A stretch of DNA of 17,913 nucleotides from Octopus sinensis (GCF_006345805.1 NW_021824631.1:1-17913); one strand, 5' to 3'; positions 1 through 11,156 are shown, counted from the stretch's first letter. Translations and numbers: made by a program. The notes: generated by a model not told the origin, from the sequence alone.

Positions 1-457
1 TATATACACACAGACATATATTTGTGCGTGTATATGTATGTGTTCATATAGTTATGTGTATCTTTCTTATCCTTTTCTCTTTCTAATCATCTTTGAATCG
101 ATCTATTTATTAATCAATTTATATATCTATCTATTCGTATGTGTGTTATATTTGTATCCTTTCGCGCACACGCACACACACTCACGTACACACACGCGTA
201 CGTATACACATGTGTGTGTAAATATTCATTATTAATATTTCCTTATGTCATTATGTTTCAGGATGTATATATGCGTATGTCTATCTGTACACACAGACAC
301 AGACACACACCACACACACAGACACACACACACACACACACTCACATACACACACAAATATATATATATATATACATATATATATACATATGCGAGTATG
401 TCTGCATATATTAGTTTGTGTGAGCGGTGAGTTTATGTAACTATGCATATGTATGTA

Positions 458-529
<72 letters not shown>

Positions 530-864
530 GTATTGTGTGTGTGTTTGGTTTGTTGTGGTGTGAATTTACATATATAGCATATTATATATACATACATACA
601 TATATATATACATACACACATACATATATCGATAGTTTGCTACATAGTACTTATATGTACTTGCGTGTGTGGGTGGGTGTGTGCGTGTGTACGTGCACGT
701 ATATTTATGCATATTGATTTAAACATATACATCCATACACACACATTATATGTATATGTGTGTATATATATATATGTGTGTCTGTGTATGTATAGCTATA
801 TATATATATACATATATACATATATATATACATATATATATATATATACACACATTTATATATA
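1..864. repeat. Compound microsatellite region: (TA)n, (CA)n, (TCTA)n, (GT)n
   Basis: Read directly from the sequence, e.g. (CA)n at ~300-355, (TCTA)n at ~459-488, (TA)n at ~493-528. Confidence 0.95.
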
Positions 865-1018
865 TATATTTACATACATACATATATGCATACATACATT
901 CATACATACATACATACATACATACATACATTCATACATACATACATACATACATAAATACATACATACATACATACATGCATGCATACATATATACATA
1001 CATACATACATACATACA

Positions 1019-1051
<33 letters not shown>

Positions 1052-1070
1052 GCATACATACATTCATACA

Positions 1071-1103
<33 letters not shown>

Positions 1104-1743
1104 GCATACATACATTCATACATACATACATATATACATACATACATACATACATACATACATGCATGCATGCATACATACGTGCATACATACATACATA
1201 CATACATACATACATACATACATGCATACATACATACGTGCATACATACATACATACATACATACATGCATGCATGCATACATACATACGTGCATACATA
1301 CATACATACATACATACATACATACATACATGCATGCATGCATACATACGTGCATACATACATACATACATACATACATGCATGCATGCATACATACATA
1401 CGTGCATACATACATACATACATACATACATACATACATACATACATGCATGCATGCATACATACATACATACGTGCATACATACATAAATACATACAGA
1501 CATACATGCATACATACATACATAGATGCATACATACATACATACATACATGCAAGCATACATACATACATACATACATACATACATACATACATACATA
1601 CATGCATACATACATACATACATACATGCATACATACATACATACATACATATATACATACATACAGACATACATACATACATACATACATACATACATA
1701 CATACATACATACATACATACATACATACATACATACATACAT
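865..1743. repeat. ~880-bp (TACA)n tetranucleotide array with CATG/CGTG/TTCA variant units
   Basis: Continuous 4-bp periodicity. It explains all the YIHT- and MYVC-repeat ORFs in the track. Confidence 0.98.
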
Positions 1744-2324
1744 AACCGTTCGAAAGAAGTACGATGGATACGAATAAATGTTCACGTATCCGGAAAGAAA
1801 ATGAAGGGTAAAACAGAAATGCAAAAAAGTATTAGAAAATAAGGAAGTAGAAAAAAATATTCTTCTTTACATCTTATGAATGAATGGTTCTCTGAATGAA
1901 TGAATAAATAAAAGAGAATGAATGAATGAAACATAATGAATGAAAAAATGCACAATTGGCTGGTTGGCTGTTGGTTCGTTGGTTCGTTGGCTGTTTGGCT
2001 TGTTCTATAACACAAGAAATATGTGCGATGCGATGTGAATGGATGATGTAACTAACGAACGATAACATGTGTGGAATGCAACAAACAATATACACACATA
2101 CATACATTTGCAAACATACATATATACATGATCACACAGACACAGCCACTATTACAGGTTATTATTACACATTCGTAGACACATTGAGAGACATAAGGCC
2201 CAAAAACATAGGGTGCACATACACGCATATAAACAACGTAAATAAACAGTTATTAAGAAAAGACAACAATGGGGGAAGACGTGTAAACAGGCGGTGAGAC
2301 AGTACATACATGTTGGTCTGTAAA

Positions 2325-3272
<948 letters not shown>

Positions 3273-3621
3273 CGTGTGGTGAAGCGACAGAACTGTGATG
3301 GGAGAGATGAGAGACAGAGAAGAGAAAAAAGGAGGATGAGAGAAGGAGGGGTGGGAGATACACGTTTTCTAACCGTACGGGACTGGAAACATCATTAGGA
3401 TATAGCAGCACGAGCAGCAGCAGCAACAAAAACAACAACTACAACAGCATCAATAACAATAACAATAACAATATTAACAGCAATAACGACAGAACCATCA
3501 ACGTGAAAAACAACAACAACAACAACTACGAAAACAATAACAACGCTAATAGCACCAAGAGCAAGAACAACAGGAGGGGGCAACCACCAGAACTATAGAA
3601 ACAGCCACAGTGACACTAAGG

Positions 3622-3684
<63 letters not shown>

Positions 3685-3725
3685 TAATGATAATAATAAT
3701 GATGATGATGATGATAATGATGATG

Positions 3726-3792
<67 letters not shown>

Positions 3793-3834
3793 TAATAATA
3801 ATAATAATAATAATAATTATAATAATAATAATGA

Positions 3835-3865
<31 letters not shown>

Positions 3866-3884
3866 TATAATGATAGTAATAATA
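3622..3884. repeat. (AAT)n/(GAT)n trinucleotide array, preceded by CAA-rich low-complexity sequence (~3410-3600)
   Basis: Read directly from the sequence. Confidence 0.97.
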
Positions 3885-4422
3885 AATGCCCTGATGCAAT
3901 ACCAGGCAATGGCTTTCATGGTTTCCCATCTTAACTGATTGGATGTGTTATAATGTACATTGTTTTGTCTTGGTATCAAAGATGGGCTACAGCAAATATT
4001 CTGCTCAATACCACAGATTTGCTTGTCAGTTGCGCATGTCCCTTAATGGCTGATGATATGTGCATCTCTGATCACGAGCAGAAGTAGTGGGTGAGCATCA
4101 TAGCCATGTGGTGAGAGGGATTCTTAGAGGTTTGGATAATTCACCTTTGGAAAGTGGGTGGTTCGTTCAACATCCTTAAACAACCCTTATTCAGGGACCT
4201 TTTGAGCGGGATGGGCTTCTCGACCTGAATAAAATTCTAGCTGGGCCTCACCTGCAAGGTCATGCGTTTTTTATCTTGATATGAGATTACCATGTCGCGC
4301 ATATATGATTGTGATGCATGTGCCTAGTGTACCCTTATCAGATGGGTAATCATGATGGGTATACTGGGATTCGTATATTTTACTCCAGGGTCACTTTGAT
4401 GGCATGCACTGCTCTCTCACTC
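3885..4422. mobile_element. ~540-bp non-coding interspersed element flanked by (AAT)n on both sides (probable non-autonomous retroposon)
   Basis: It has two partial homologues in the window: 4228-4422 matches 11211-11406 (direct, ~90% by eye) and 3899-4024 matches 6879-7004 (inverted, ~90%). The right end CTCTCTCACTC(AAT)n is the same in both direct copies. Confidence 0.85.
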
Positions 4423-4485
4423 AATAATAATAATAATAATAATAATATAATAATAATAATAATAATAATAATATAATAATAATAA
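4423..4485. repeat. (AAT)n array between the 540-bp element and the 3' end of the LINE
   Basis: Read directly from the sequence. Confidence 0.97.
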
Positions 4486-6640
4486 CAATCCCTTCTTTAT
4501 TGGCCACAAGGGCCGAACACAAAAACATATAGGGACAATACAAAACAAGGGAGAAGTGGAGTTAAAACCGAAAGCGTATAAACAATAAAAAAGAAGAGTT
4601 AAAAAAAAATCAACAACAAAATTCCCATTAGCACAGAGTTCCACCTAGGGCCAACCAAGCACCCAGCACATCCGAATGCCAAAGGTAATCCATCTAGGCA
4701 CACCCCCACCTCCACACACCGGTCAACAAAATTACATTGTGGCGGGGCAGTACTTCTCTCTCTGCCTTCACTTTCCTTTTCTAGTGGAACTTGAAGAAGT
4801 CGATGAGGGCTCGGCCGAAGAGGAAAGTGTCTGTCTTCAGTCCTTTCAGCCTCGTCCACTACACAACCTGTTACGCTATAGCCACCAAAGAGAGGAAAAC
4901 TGCCTTTTCCTCCCGCCCATAAGAAGGCGGTGGGGTGATCCTCAAACGGACTCGGCTGATAACTGGATCCATCATGCGCGGGACAACACCTGTTCGACAA
5001 ATCTCTACTGGTCAATAATGCACGGATACTGGACGAATGCATGCAAGACAGTTTTATTGCCCTAAGCCCACCTCGGACATGTCCGTCTGATAGCACTTCC
5101 GTGTCTCTAGAGCTGGTCTCCAATCGGTAGAGCTCCCCAGTAGCACTGCCATGCTAAGGATTTCTAGCAGTTATCCATAGGCCCTGGCAAGAAAACGCTC
5201 CGGAAAAGACCAGCTAGTTCATCCCTCTCGATGCCCGGAGTTTCCCCGAATACATCGTCGATCTTTCCCTCCATTAATCTTTTTTAGAACTCCATGATGG
5301 AACTTCCACCGACTGCATTGCCTAACTTGCAGAAATCCGTGAGTGTGCCAAGCTTTCTTGGTCTACGCTTGACCTATGACTGTAGTTCCATTAATGAGAT
5401 GAGCCACGGAAATTCCCGTTTGACGAACGACGACCACACCTGCTCACCGTTAAGGAAACGCCGGAGATGTCGCAGCCTCAGCGTATGTCTGGGCAACATT
5501 AGTCTCGGAATGCCTAGTCCTCCACACAGTGGCTGTTAACAGCACATGGACCGTGTGACGAGCGAAGCACGTTCCTTCAATAGAAAGAAAATGAAAGAGC
5601 AAGCGCTCCAGCTTTATCGGGAACGAAGTGGAGCAAGGCACGACGGCCAGGCGGTAGTAGATGACGGAAGCGATTTACGCATCCGACACCTCCGCCCGAC
5701 ACTTCAGGGACAACTTCCTCTCTGCCCTTTTCTGGATGAGATTGACTACCCTGTTGGTATCCTCACCCATTTCTTGTCTACCTGGAGGTCTGGACCAAAC
5801 CAGACCCCGAGCAATTTAGCCGATCCTTCCATCCAGCGCCCTACAAAGCTATCAGTTGGTATGGACCTGCTTCTCCAGGTATCGAGCTGCTGTTGTTGGA
5901 GATACGATGTAAGCTGCAGGTGTGGCTGCGTACCTTCCAACATTTTTGGGCTGAAGGTTCTCAGGTGGCTTTTGGGCCCACGGATGTCAAATCTGGTCTT
6001 CCTGCCTTCTACGATGACACGCTGTTCCACTCCGTTTGGCAGCTGGATCAGGTCCGGGATCTTCTCGATAATTACTGGTTTCATATGGATTACTGGTTTC
6101 ATATTATTTTCAAGTTGATCCCGCACCAGTTCTCCCTGCTGCTCATTTTTACCCCCAGGAGTGACTCTAGGTCCTGCCCCGTACGGGCAACTATTCTCGA
6201 GACATTTATGCCCGGTGACACGCCATTTACCCAAATTCTGGTCATTCTCTTTGAGAGGTAAGTGGGATATAGGAGCCACTCCTCAGTCCACCGGGGTGAT
6301 ACTGCGCGTGTTCGCGCGAACTCCTCGTCTTTAAAGAGGACCTCAATGCTGGCAGTCTACTTCCCTCTCTGCATATGGGTCACATCTATAAAAATTTCCT
6401 GGAGGGCCTTCTCAACATGACTGATGGAGGCCATTTCAGCCCTCCTACTTTTGCGTGATACGCATCTGAAGTATACTGTCATCTCTTTTGCCTCTATCAT
6501 TTCGGGAGGTACGAGCACTGCACCTTACCCCACTCAGATTTAATGATGAATTTCGCTTTTGACAGTTTACGTGTTTTGTCATCGAGTGCGATGGCAAACA
6601 TTTCTCTTTTTGTGTTCGCTACTCTAGGAAACCATTTCTT
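4486..6640 (-). mobile_element. Degenerate, internally deleted Tx1/L1-clade non-LTR retrotransposon
   Basis: Hand translation of the minus strand gives an ORF1-like segment IEVLFKDEEFAR...LLYPTYLSKRMTRIWVNGVSPG (~6350-6200) and VIVEGRK followed by a decayed CX2CX4HX4C knuckle (5950-5991). ORF2 motifs follow: RT C-terminal KLLGVWFGPDL (5785-5817), GGLGIP (~5505-5525), and a zf-RVT-like LAWQCY..ALP..D.L..HG...TCPR...KTVLHAFVQ (~5157-5030). AATAAA (4496-4501) is followed by (ATT)n. There are several stops and frameshifts, and the 5' boundary is approximate. Confidence 0.88.
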
Positions 6641-6878
6641 TTTGTTATTATTTTTGTGATTGTTGTCGTCGTCATTGCTGTTGTTATTTTTATTACTGTT
6701 CCTGCTGTTGCCTTTGATTTTGAGGTTGATGGTGGAGTTGTGACCACTTCCACCGTTGTCACTCTCACTACCACTTTGCACTGCTATTTCCCTTCACTCC
6801 ACCTTCAGTTGTAGGATTATTATTTTCGCTAAAATCCGTATCATTATTAAAGAAAACGCTATCTCTGCTACAATTGAA

Positions 6879-7004
6879 AAGCAAATCTGTGGTATTGAAC
6901 AGAATATTTGCCATAGCCCATCTTTTATACCAAGACAAAACAATGTACACGATAACACTTCCAATCAGTTAAGATGAGAAGCTATGAAAGCCACTGCCTG
7001 GTAC
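6879..7004. mobile_element. Inverted partial copy of the left part of the 540-bp AAT-flanked element
   Basis: Its reverse complement aligns to 3899-4024 with about 12 differences in ~126 bp. Confidence 0.9.
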
Positions 7005-7039
7005 TTATGTATGCATGTATGTATACTGAGACTACAATA

Positions 7040-7140
7040 TAAGAATTGGTGTGGTTTTTACTAGATTACATAAGACAGCAAGGTGTGACTGGTACTTTAT
7101 TCTATCGAATACCGGAAGAGGAAAGGAAACGGCCTTACAA
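7040..7140 (-). mobile_element. Degenerate SINE central fragment
   Basis: The minus strand reads ...CCTTTCCTCTTCCGGTATTCGATAGAATAAAGTACCAGTC..., resembling the GCCTTTCATCCTTTCGGGGTCGATAAAATAAGTACCAG SINE core as I recall it; related pieces lie at ~12425-12470 and ~15530-15590. Confidence 0.5.
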
Positions 7141-7284
7141 CTCACCAACAGCAACAGTGATGAGGATGACGACAACGAAAAATACAAATGCAAAAACAAC
7201 AATAACAACAACAACGGTGTCGCGATTTAGCAAGTCGTGTTGTTGTGATACGTACAGATGGCTAAAGCAATGATATATTATTTT

Positions 7285-7294
7285 CACACACACA

Positions 7295-7348
<54 letters not shown>

Positions 7349-7447
7349 GAATACATACTCACACATCTGTTTATGTACGTTTGTTTGTTTATGCATGCGT
7401 ACATATTTGTGTGCGTGTGTGTATATATATGTGTGTGTGTGTGAGTG

Positions 7448-7507
<60 letters not shown>

Positions 7508-7541
7508 ATATATATTTGTGCGTGTGAGTGTATGTGTGAAA

Positions 7542-7575
<34 letters not shown>

Positions 7576-7606
7576 CTGTTTGTGTGAGTGTATATATGTG
7601 TGAAAG

Positions 7607-7647
<41 letters not shown>

Positions 7648-7680
7648 TTGTGTGTGTCTGAGTGTATGTGTGAAAGTACA
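7285..7680. repeat. (CA)n/(TA)n/(GT)n compound array containing three ~65-70-bp units marked by GTGTGAAAGTA
   Basis: GTGTGAAAGTA occurs at 7534, 7598 and 7668. Confidence 0.9.
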
Positions 7681-8294
7681 GATGATTTAGGTGTTGTTTG
7701 TTTTGTTTGTCAGTCACGGTCTCCTTTGAAGCATCTAACAATGTTTAATAATTATTTTCTCTCACACTCTCTCCCTCTCTTTTTTTCTTCCCCCCCCCAT
7801 CTCAGTCTCTGCGTATACGCACGCGTGCGTGTTCGAGTTAGCATGTGAGTGCGTGTGTATGTGTGTTTCCTTAGTCAACATATAGTCAAAAGTGTGTGCG
7901 CGTATGTTTGTGTGGATATGTGTGTGTATGGAAGTGCATGTACATGTATTTGAGCGCATGAGCTAATGTCGGTGTCGATCCCTAGTGACTGTGTTTACGT
8001 ATGTTGTCTTGGGTAGAGGATATGTATATATATGCGTGGGTGTGGATGTGTATATCTATGTTATTGCAGTTGTTATTTACCCTTCAGCAGCACTGTCTTG
8101 AGTTGACAAATTTTTCAAAAGCACCCGAGGTACGACTACCTTTGTCCCAAATGCGAATTATCAAGCGTACAAGCAAATAAATGAAATATATACATGAAAT
8201 ACAAGATATGTATGTACTTATATATATATATATAAGTACATATCTTATATTGTATGTATATATATATATACGTACCAATGCATATATACATATT

Positions 8295-8510
8295 GAGATA
8301 TCTGCAGTTACTCTATCCAGATTACAAGTTCAGGTTTATACCTGTAATTACTGCGTCTCTGGGATATGTAACACACTGCTTAAATACCAGTCTTGAAAAA
8401 TTAGGCTTCTCAAATCCAGAAGGAAGAAAGCTAATTCGAAGACTACTGACCTAAGTCATCATTAGTGCTGTAATAAAACTGTTAAACTTTCCACAACTTT
8501 ATCATATAAA
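8295..8510 (+). mobile_element. 5'-truncated 3' end of an RLE-type (R4/Dong-like) LINE ORF
   Basis: Translates as LQLLYPDYKFRFIPVITASLGYVTHCLNTSLEKLGFSNPEGRKLIRRLLT*. This matches the 'PVxIGALG...L..LG....I..LQ' C-terminus that follows the restriction-like endonuclease in R4/Dong-clade elements. Confidence 0.75.
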
Positions 8511-8831
8511 TATATATGAGCGTGTCTAGATATGCAGGTATATGCATGAGAAGACATACACAAAACAAAATATACAAATCTTCACGTATACATACATATA
8601 TACATATACATATAGATACATATATACTTACAAAAATACCCTGTTGTTGATGTTAAAATTCCAATGAAAAAGCTTTAGATCTAGGTTAGATACTGGCTTT
8701 CTCTATATTGGCAAGTAATTTTGAAATATAACTGAATAATGATGTACATACATTAATACACATATACATCCATCCATCCATCCATTCATATATATATATA
8801 TATATATCTTGTGCAACAAAATGTCCATTCA

Positions 8832-8884
<53 letters not shown>

Positions 8885-8886
<2 letters not shown>

Positions 8887-8987
8887 AAATGGTTCATATT
8901 AGGTTTCATTAAAAATGTAATGGCAAGTATTTATTGACCTTTTTCTTTCCTTTAAAAATCGGCACGAACTTTCCGGACAACCCAATA
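8885..8987 (-). mobile_element. Mariner terminal fragment (solo TIR plus ~65 bp)
   Basis: The reverse complement of 8954-8987 is TA-TTGGGTTGTCCGGAAAGTTCGTGCCGATTTTT, a typical mellifera/cecropia-type mariner TIR with terminal TA. No partner TIR was seen. Confidence 0.65.
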
Positions 8988-9059
8988 CCTCACCACTCAT
9001 TGGCACTGATTCTGTTGAATTTATTCCGACCGAGCGGTCAGTAGTGTAACTCGGTCAGT

Positions 9060-9613
9060 GTTGACTGTGCTTTAGTTAAGGCTACGGCAGGGATCAAACC
9101 TACTGCGTAGCACTGTTGGCAAGAATTTTGCAGTATAGCCTCCTGCCGACCAAAGCCTGGTAAGTGAAATCGGTGGGTGGAGACTGAAAGAAGGCTGTCG
9201 TATGTGCGTGTGTGTGTCCAATCAACATTTAACAACCTGTGTTGGTGTGTTTACGACCCTGTAATTCAGCGTCACCACAAAGACTGCGGTAGTACTAGTC
9301 TTCAAATACAGGGTACGGCAGAAGTAACGCTCCTTTTGAATTTAATAACTTTGATAGCATATAAATGTTTTATTGTGCATAAGACAAATTTATAACATTA
9401 CTTAAAGAAGTGAATAATAAACTAATGAAAAATGTCGTAGAAGTTTTAGGGAATAAAAAAGAAACTCAATTAGAAATTAGAAAACTCAAATACAAGAGGG
9501 TATTACTTCTGCCACACCCTGTAAACACGTACTAGGGTTGATAAGTTCAAGTAAAATTGTTCAAAGAGGTGTCCCAGCTTGGACATAGTCTAATGGCTAA
9601 AATAACAAAAAGA
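9060..9613 (+). mobile_element. Degenerate tRNA-type SINE, split by a MITE at 9307-9523
   Basis: It is colinear with the copy at 11492-11865 (..ACTGCG..TTGGCAAG..GCCGACCAAAGCC..GGTGTGTTTACG..). The 3' tail (..CCCAGCTTGGACATAGTCTAATGGCT..) resumes after 9523. Confidence 0.75.
9309..9521. mobile_element. 213-bp Tc1/mariner-type MITE
   Basis: 19-bp TIRs: CAGGGTACGGCAGAAGTAA (9309-9327) and TTACTTCTGCCACACCCTG (9503-9521), 17/19 matching. TA lies on both sides (9307-9308, 9522-9523), and the interior is AT-rich and non-coding. Confidence 0.9.
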
Positions 9614-9660
9614 TATCTATATTTAGTGGGCATTTAAGCAATGCGTTCAGGGATAGTTGA

Positions 9661-9706
9661 TATGTACTGATGAAAGCGCAATAACTCTTGAAATATGCAT
9701 ATACAC
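9661..9706 (+). ncRNA. Candidate minimal type I hammerhead ribozyme motif
   Basis: CTGATGA (9667-9673), short helix II AAG..CTT, GAAA (9690-9693), palindromic ATATGCATAT, and helix I TGTA/TACA. Folded by hand only. Confidence 0.4.
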
Positions 9707-9967
9707 CTATTACCTACCTCCTTTTTCTTCTTCGATCGCATTGTTTATATAAACGTATTCGTATACGAAACCGTGTAACTTTCAGAGCTAGCTCTGAATT
9801 CTATAGAAAATATGTAGAAATAGACTTTACAATGAGGACATCGCACTTTTAAATCAAAAGTAAAGCACAATGTTGACTTGTAATGTTTTAGTATACTTAG
9901 TAGTATATTATGGTTGAAACACGAAATACGGTGTCCTTCCTAGCATTTAATTTTTACTCTTACGTAC

Positions 9968-9986
9968 GTGTGTCTGTGTGCGTGTT

Positions 9987-10035
<49 letters not shown>
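9968..10035. repeat. (GT)n(GA)n microsatellite
   Basis: Read directly from the sequence. Confidence 0.95.
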
Positions 10036-10149
10036 ACGTGCATCTGTGCGTGCTTCAAGATTCAATGTTCAAAGAAAGAATAAGATATATATATATATAT
10101 ATATAGGTGTATGTGTATATACATATATATGTGTCTGTGTGTGTGTATG

Positions 10150-10292
10150 TGTGTCATTGTGTTTGTCCTCAACACAGCTTGACATGTGGTGTTAGTAAGT
10201 TTGCATACTCGTGGATTAGCACTACCATTGATTAACCTCTTCAAAGCAGTGCCCCAGCATGGCCATAGTCCAATGACTATAACAGGTAAAAA
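10150..10292 (+). mobile_element. SINE 3' fragment
   Basis: CAGCTTGACA..GGTGTT..TTCAAAGCAGTGCCCCAGCATGGCCATAGTCCAATGACT..AAAAAAAAA is the same tail type as at ~9560-9610 and ~11820-11865. Confidence 0.7.
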
Positions 10293-10362
10293 AAAATACC
10301 TGCACACACCAAAGTGCCCTCCCACCCACTTACAGCGCACACACACACGCACAGACAATTAC

Positions 10363-10365
<3 letters not shown>

Positions 10366-10393
<28 letters not shown>

Positions 10394-10512
10394 TGTATGT
10401 ATGTATGTATGAATGGATGGATGGATGGATAGATGGATGGATGGATGGATGGATGGATGGGTGGATGGATGGATGGATGGATGGATGGATGGATGGAGGG
10501 ATGGATGGATGG
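10366..10512. repeat. (TATG)n followed by (GATG)n
   Basis: Read directly from the sequence. Confidence 0.97.
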
Positions 10513-10899
10513 CTGAGATAGGACTGGTTGGACATTTTTAGAAATCCATTTATTTTTAAAGGTGTCGTCTTAGATCAAAGCCGATCTGTTTCTAATCTAT
10601 AACAAAGACATAGCAGATAATCCTTTCAGAGCTCTCTCTATCTATCTACAGCTAAGTAGACTGGGCTCTTTAAGAGCAACGTACCCCGGTTATGTACACA
10701 TGCATTGTCGATGATAAGATATGAATCTCTGCCCTCTTTGCTGCTTATGCGGTAACCCATCTAATCAACCATATGTGCTTACATTTAGCAAAACAGCAGC
10801 AAATGCTGAAAAGTTCTTTCTTTCTAGACAACAATATATATATATACATATATATATATATGTGTTAGAGTGCGCGCGCCTGCATATACACAAACATAC

Positions 10900-10976
10900 C
10901 ACACGATTTTGGTGAAGAAGAGAATGCTTCCTGTTGTAAGAATTTCTCATCAACAGTCTCAGGTTCTTCTTCAAGT
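10900..10976 (-). other. Candidate spliced exon (77 nt) of an unidentified gene
   Basis: ..TTTTGGTAG|ACTTGAAGAAGAA...CGTGTG|GTATGT; the frame reads LEEEPETVDEKFLQQEAFSSSPKSC. The donor is strong and the polypyrimidine tract is weak. Confidence 0.3.
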
Positions 10977-11156
10977 CTACCAAAATATATTCTTATCATC
11001 GTGAGCACAGTGAAGTAAGTAGAATGAAATAAATCAATGGTGCGGTTTCGAATCGAATCACAATTGAAAAATGGTTCGATACGATTTATTTATATTCATT
11101 TACATTGATAACGCTCTTGCTCCTTCCAGCTTTGTCTAATACGAAAAATAAAATAA

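Noticed and set aside
665-1842. Long ORFs of 200-330 aa on both strands (YIHT/MYVC repeats)
   Set aside because: They are translations of the (TACA)n array, which has no stop codon in any frame.
3546-3979. Poly-I/poly-N/poly-Y/poly-L ORFs
   Set aside because: They are translations of (AAT)n.
4049-4090. CTGATGA in the 540-bp element as a hammerhead core
   Set aside because: No GAAA follows a plausible helix II.
4599-6261. Plus-strand and off-frame ORFs (4676-5065, 5294-5539, 5546-6118, 5893-6261, 4599-5123) as host genes
   Set aside because: They are antisense or shifted frames of the decayed LINE; the recognisable motifs are on the minus strand in other frames.
8088-8129. Possible + strand 42-nt exon (CCTTCAG|QHCLELTNFSKAPE|GTACGA)
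   Set aside because: The donor is weak, the peptide is unrecognised, it has no partner exons, and it is on the opposite strand to the better candidates.
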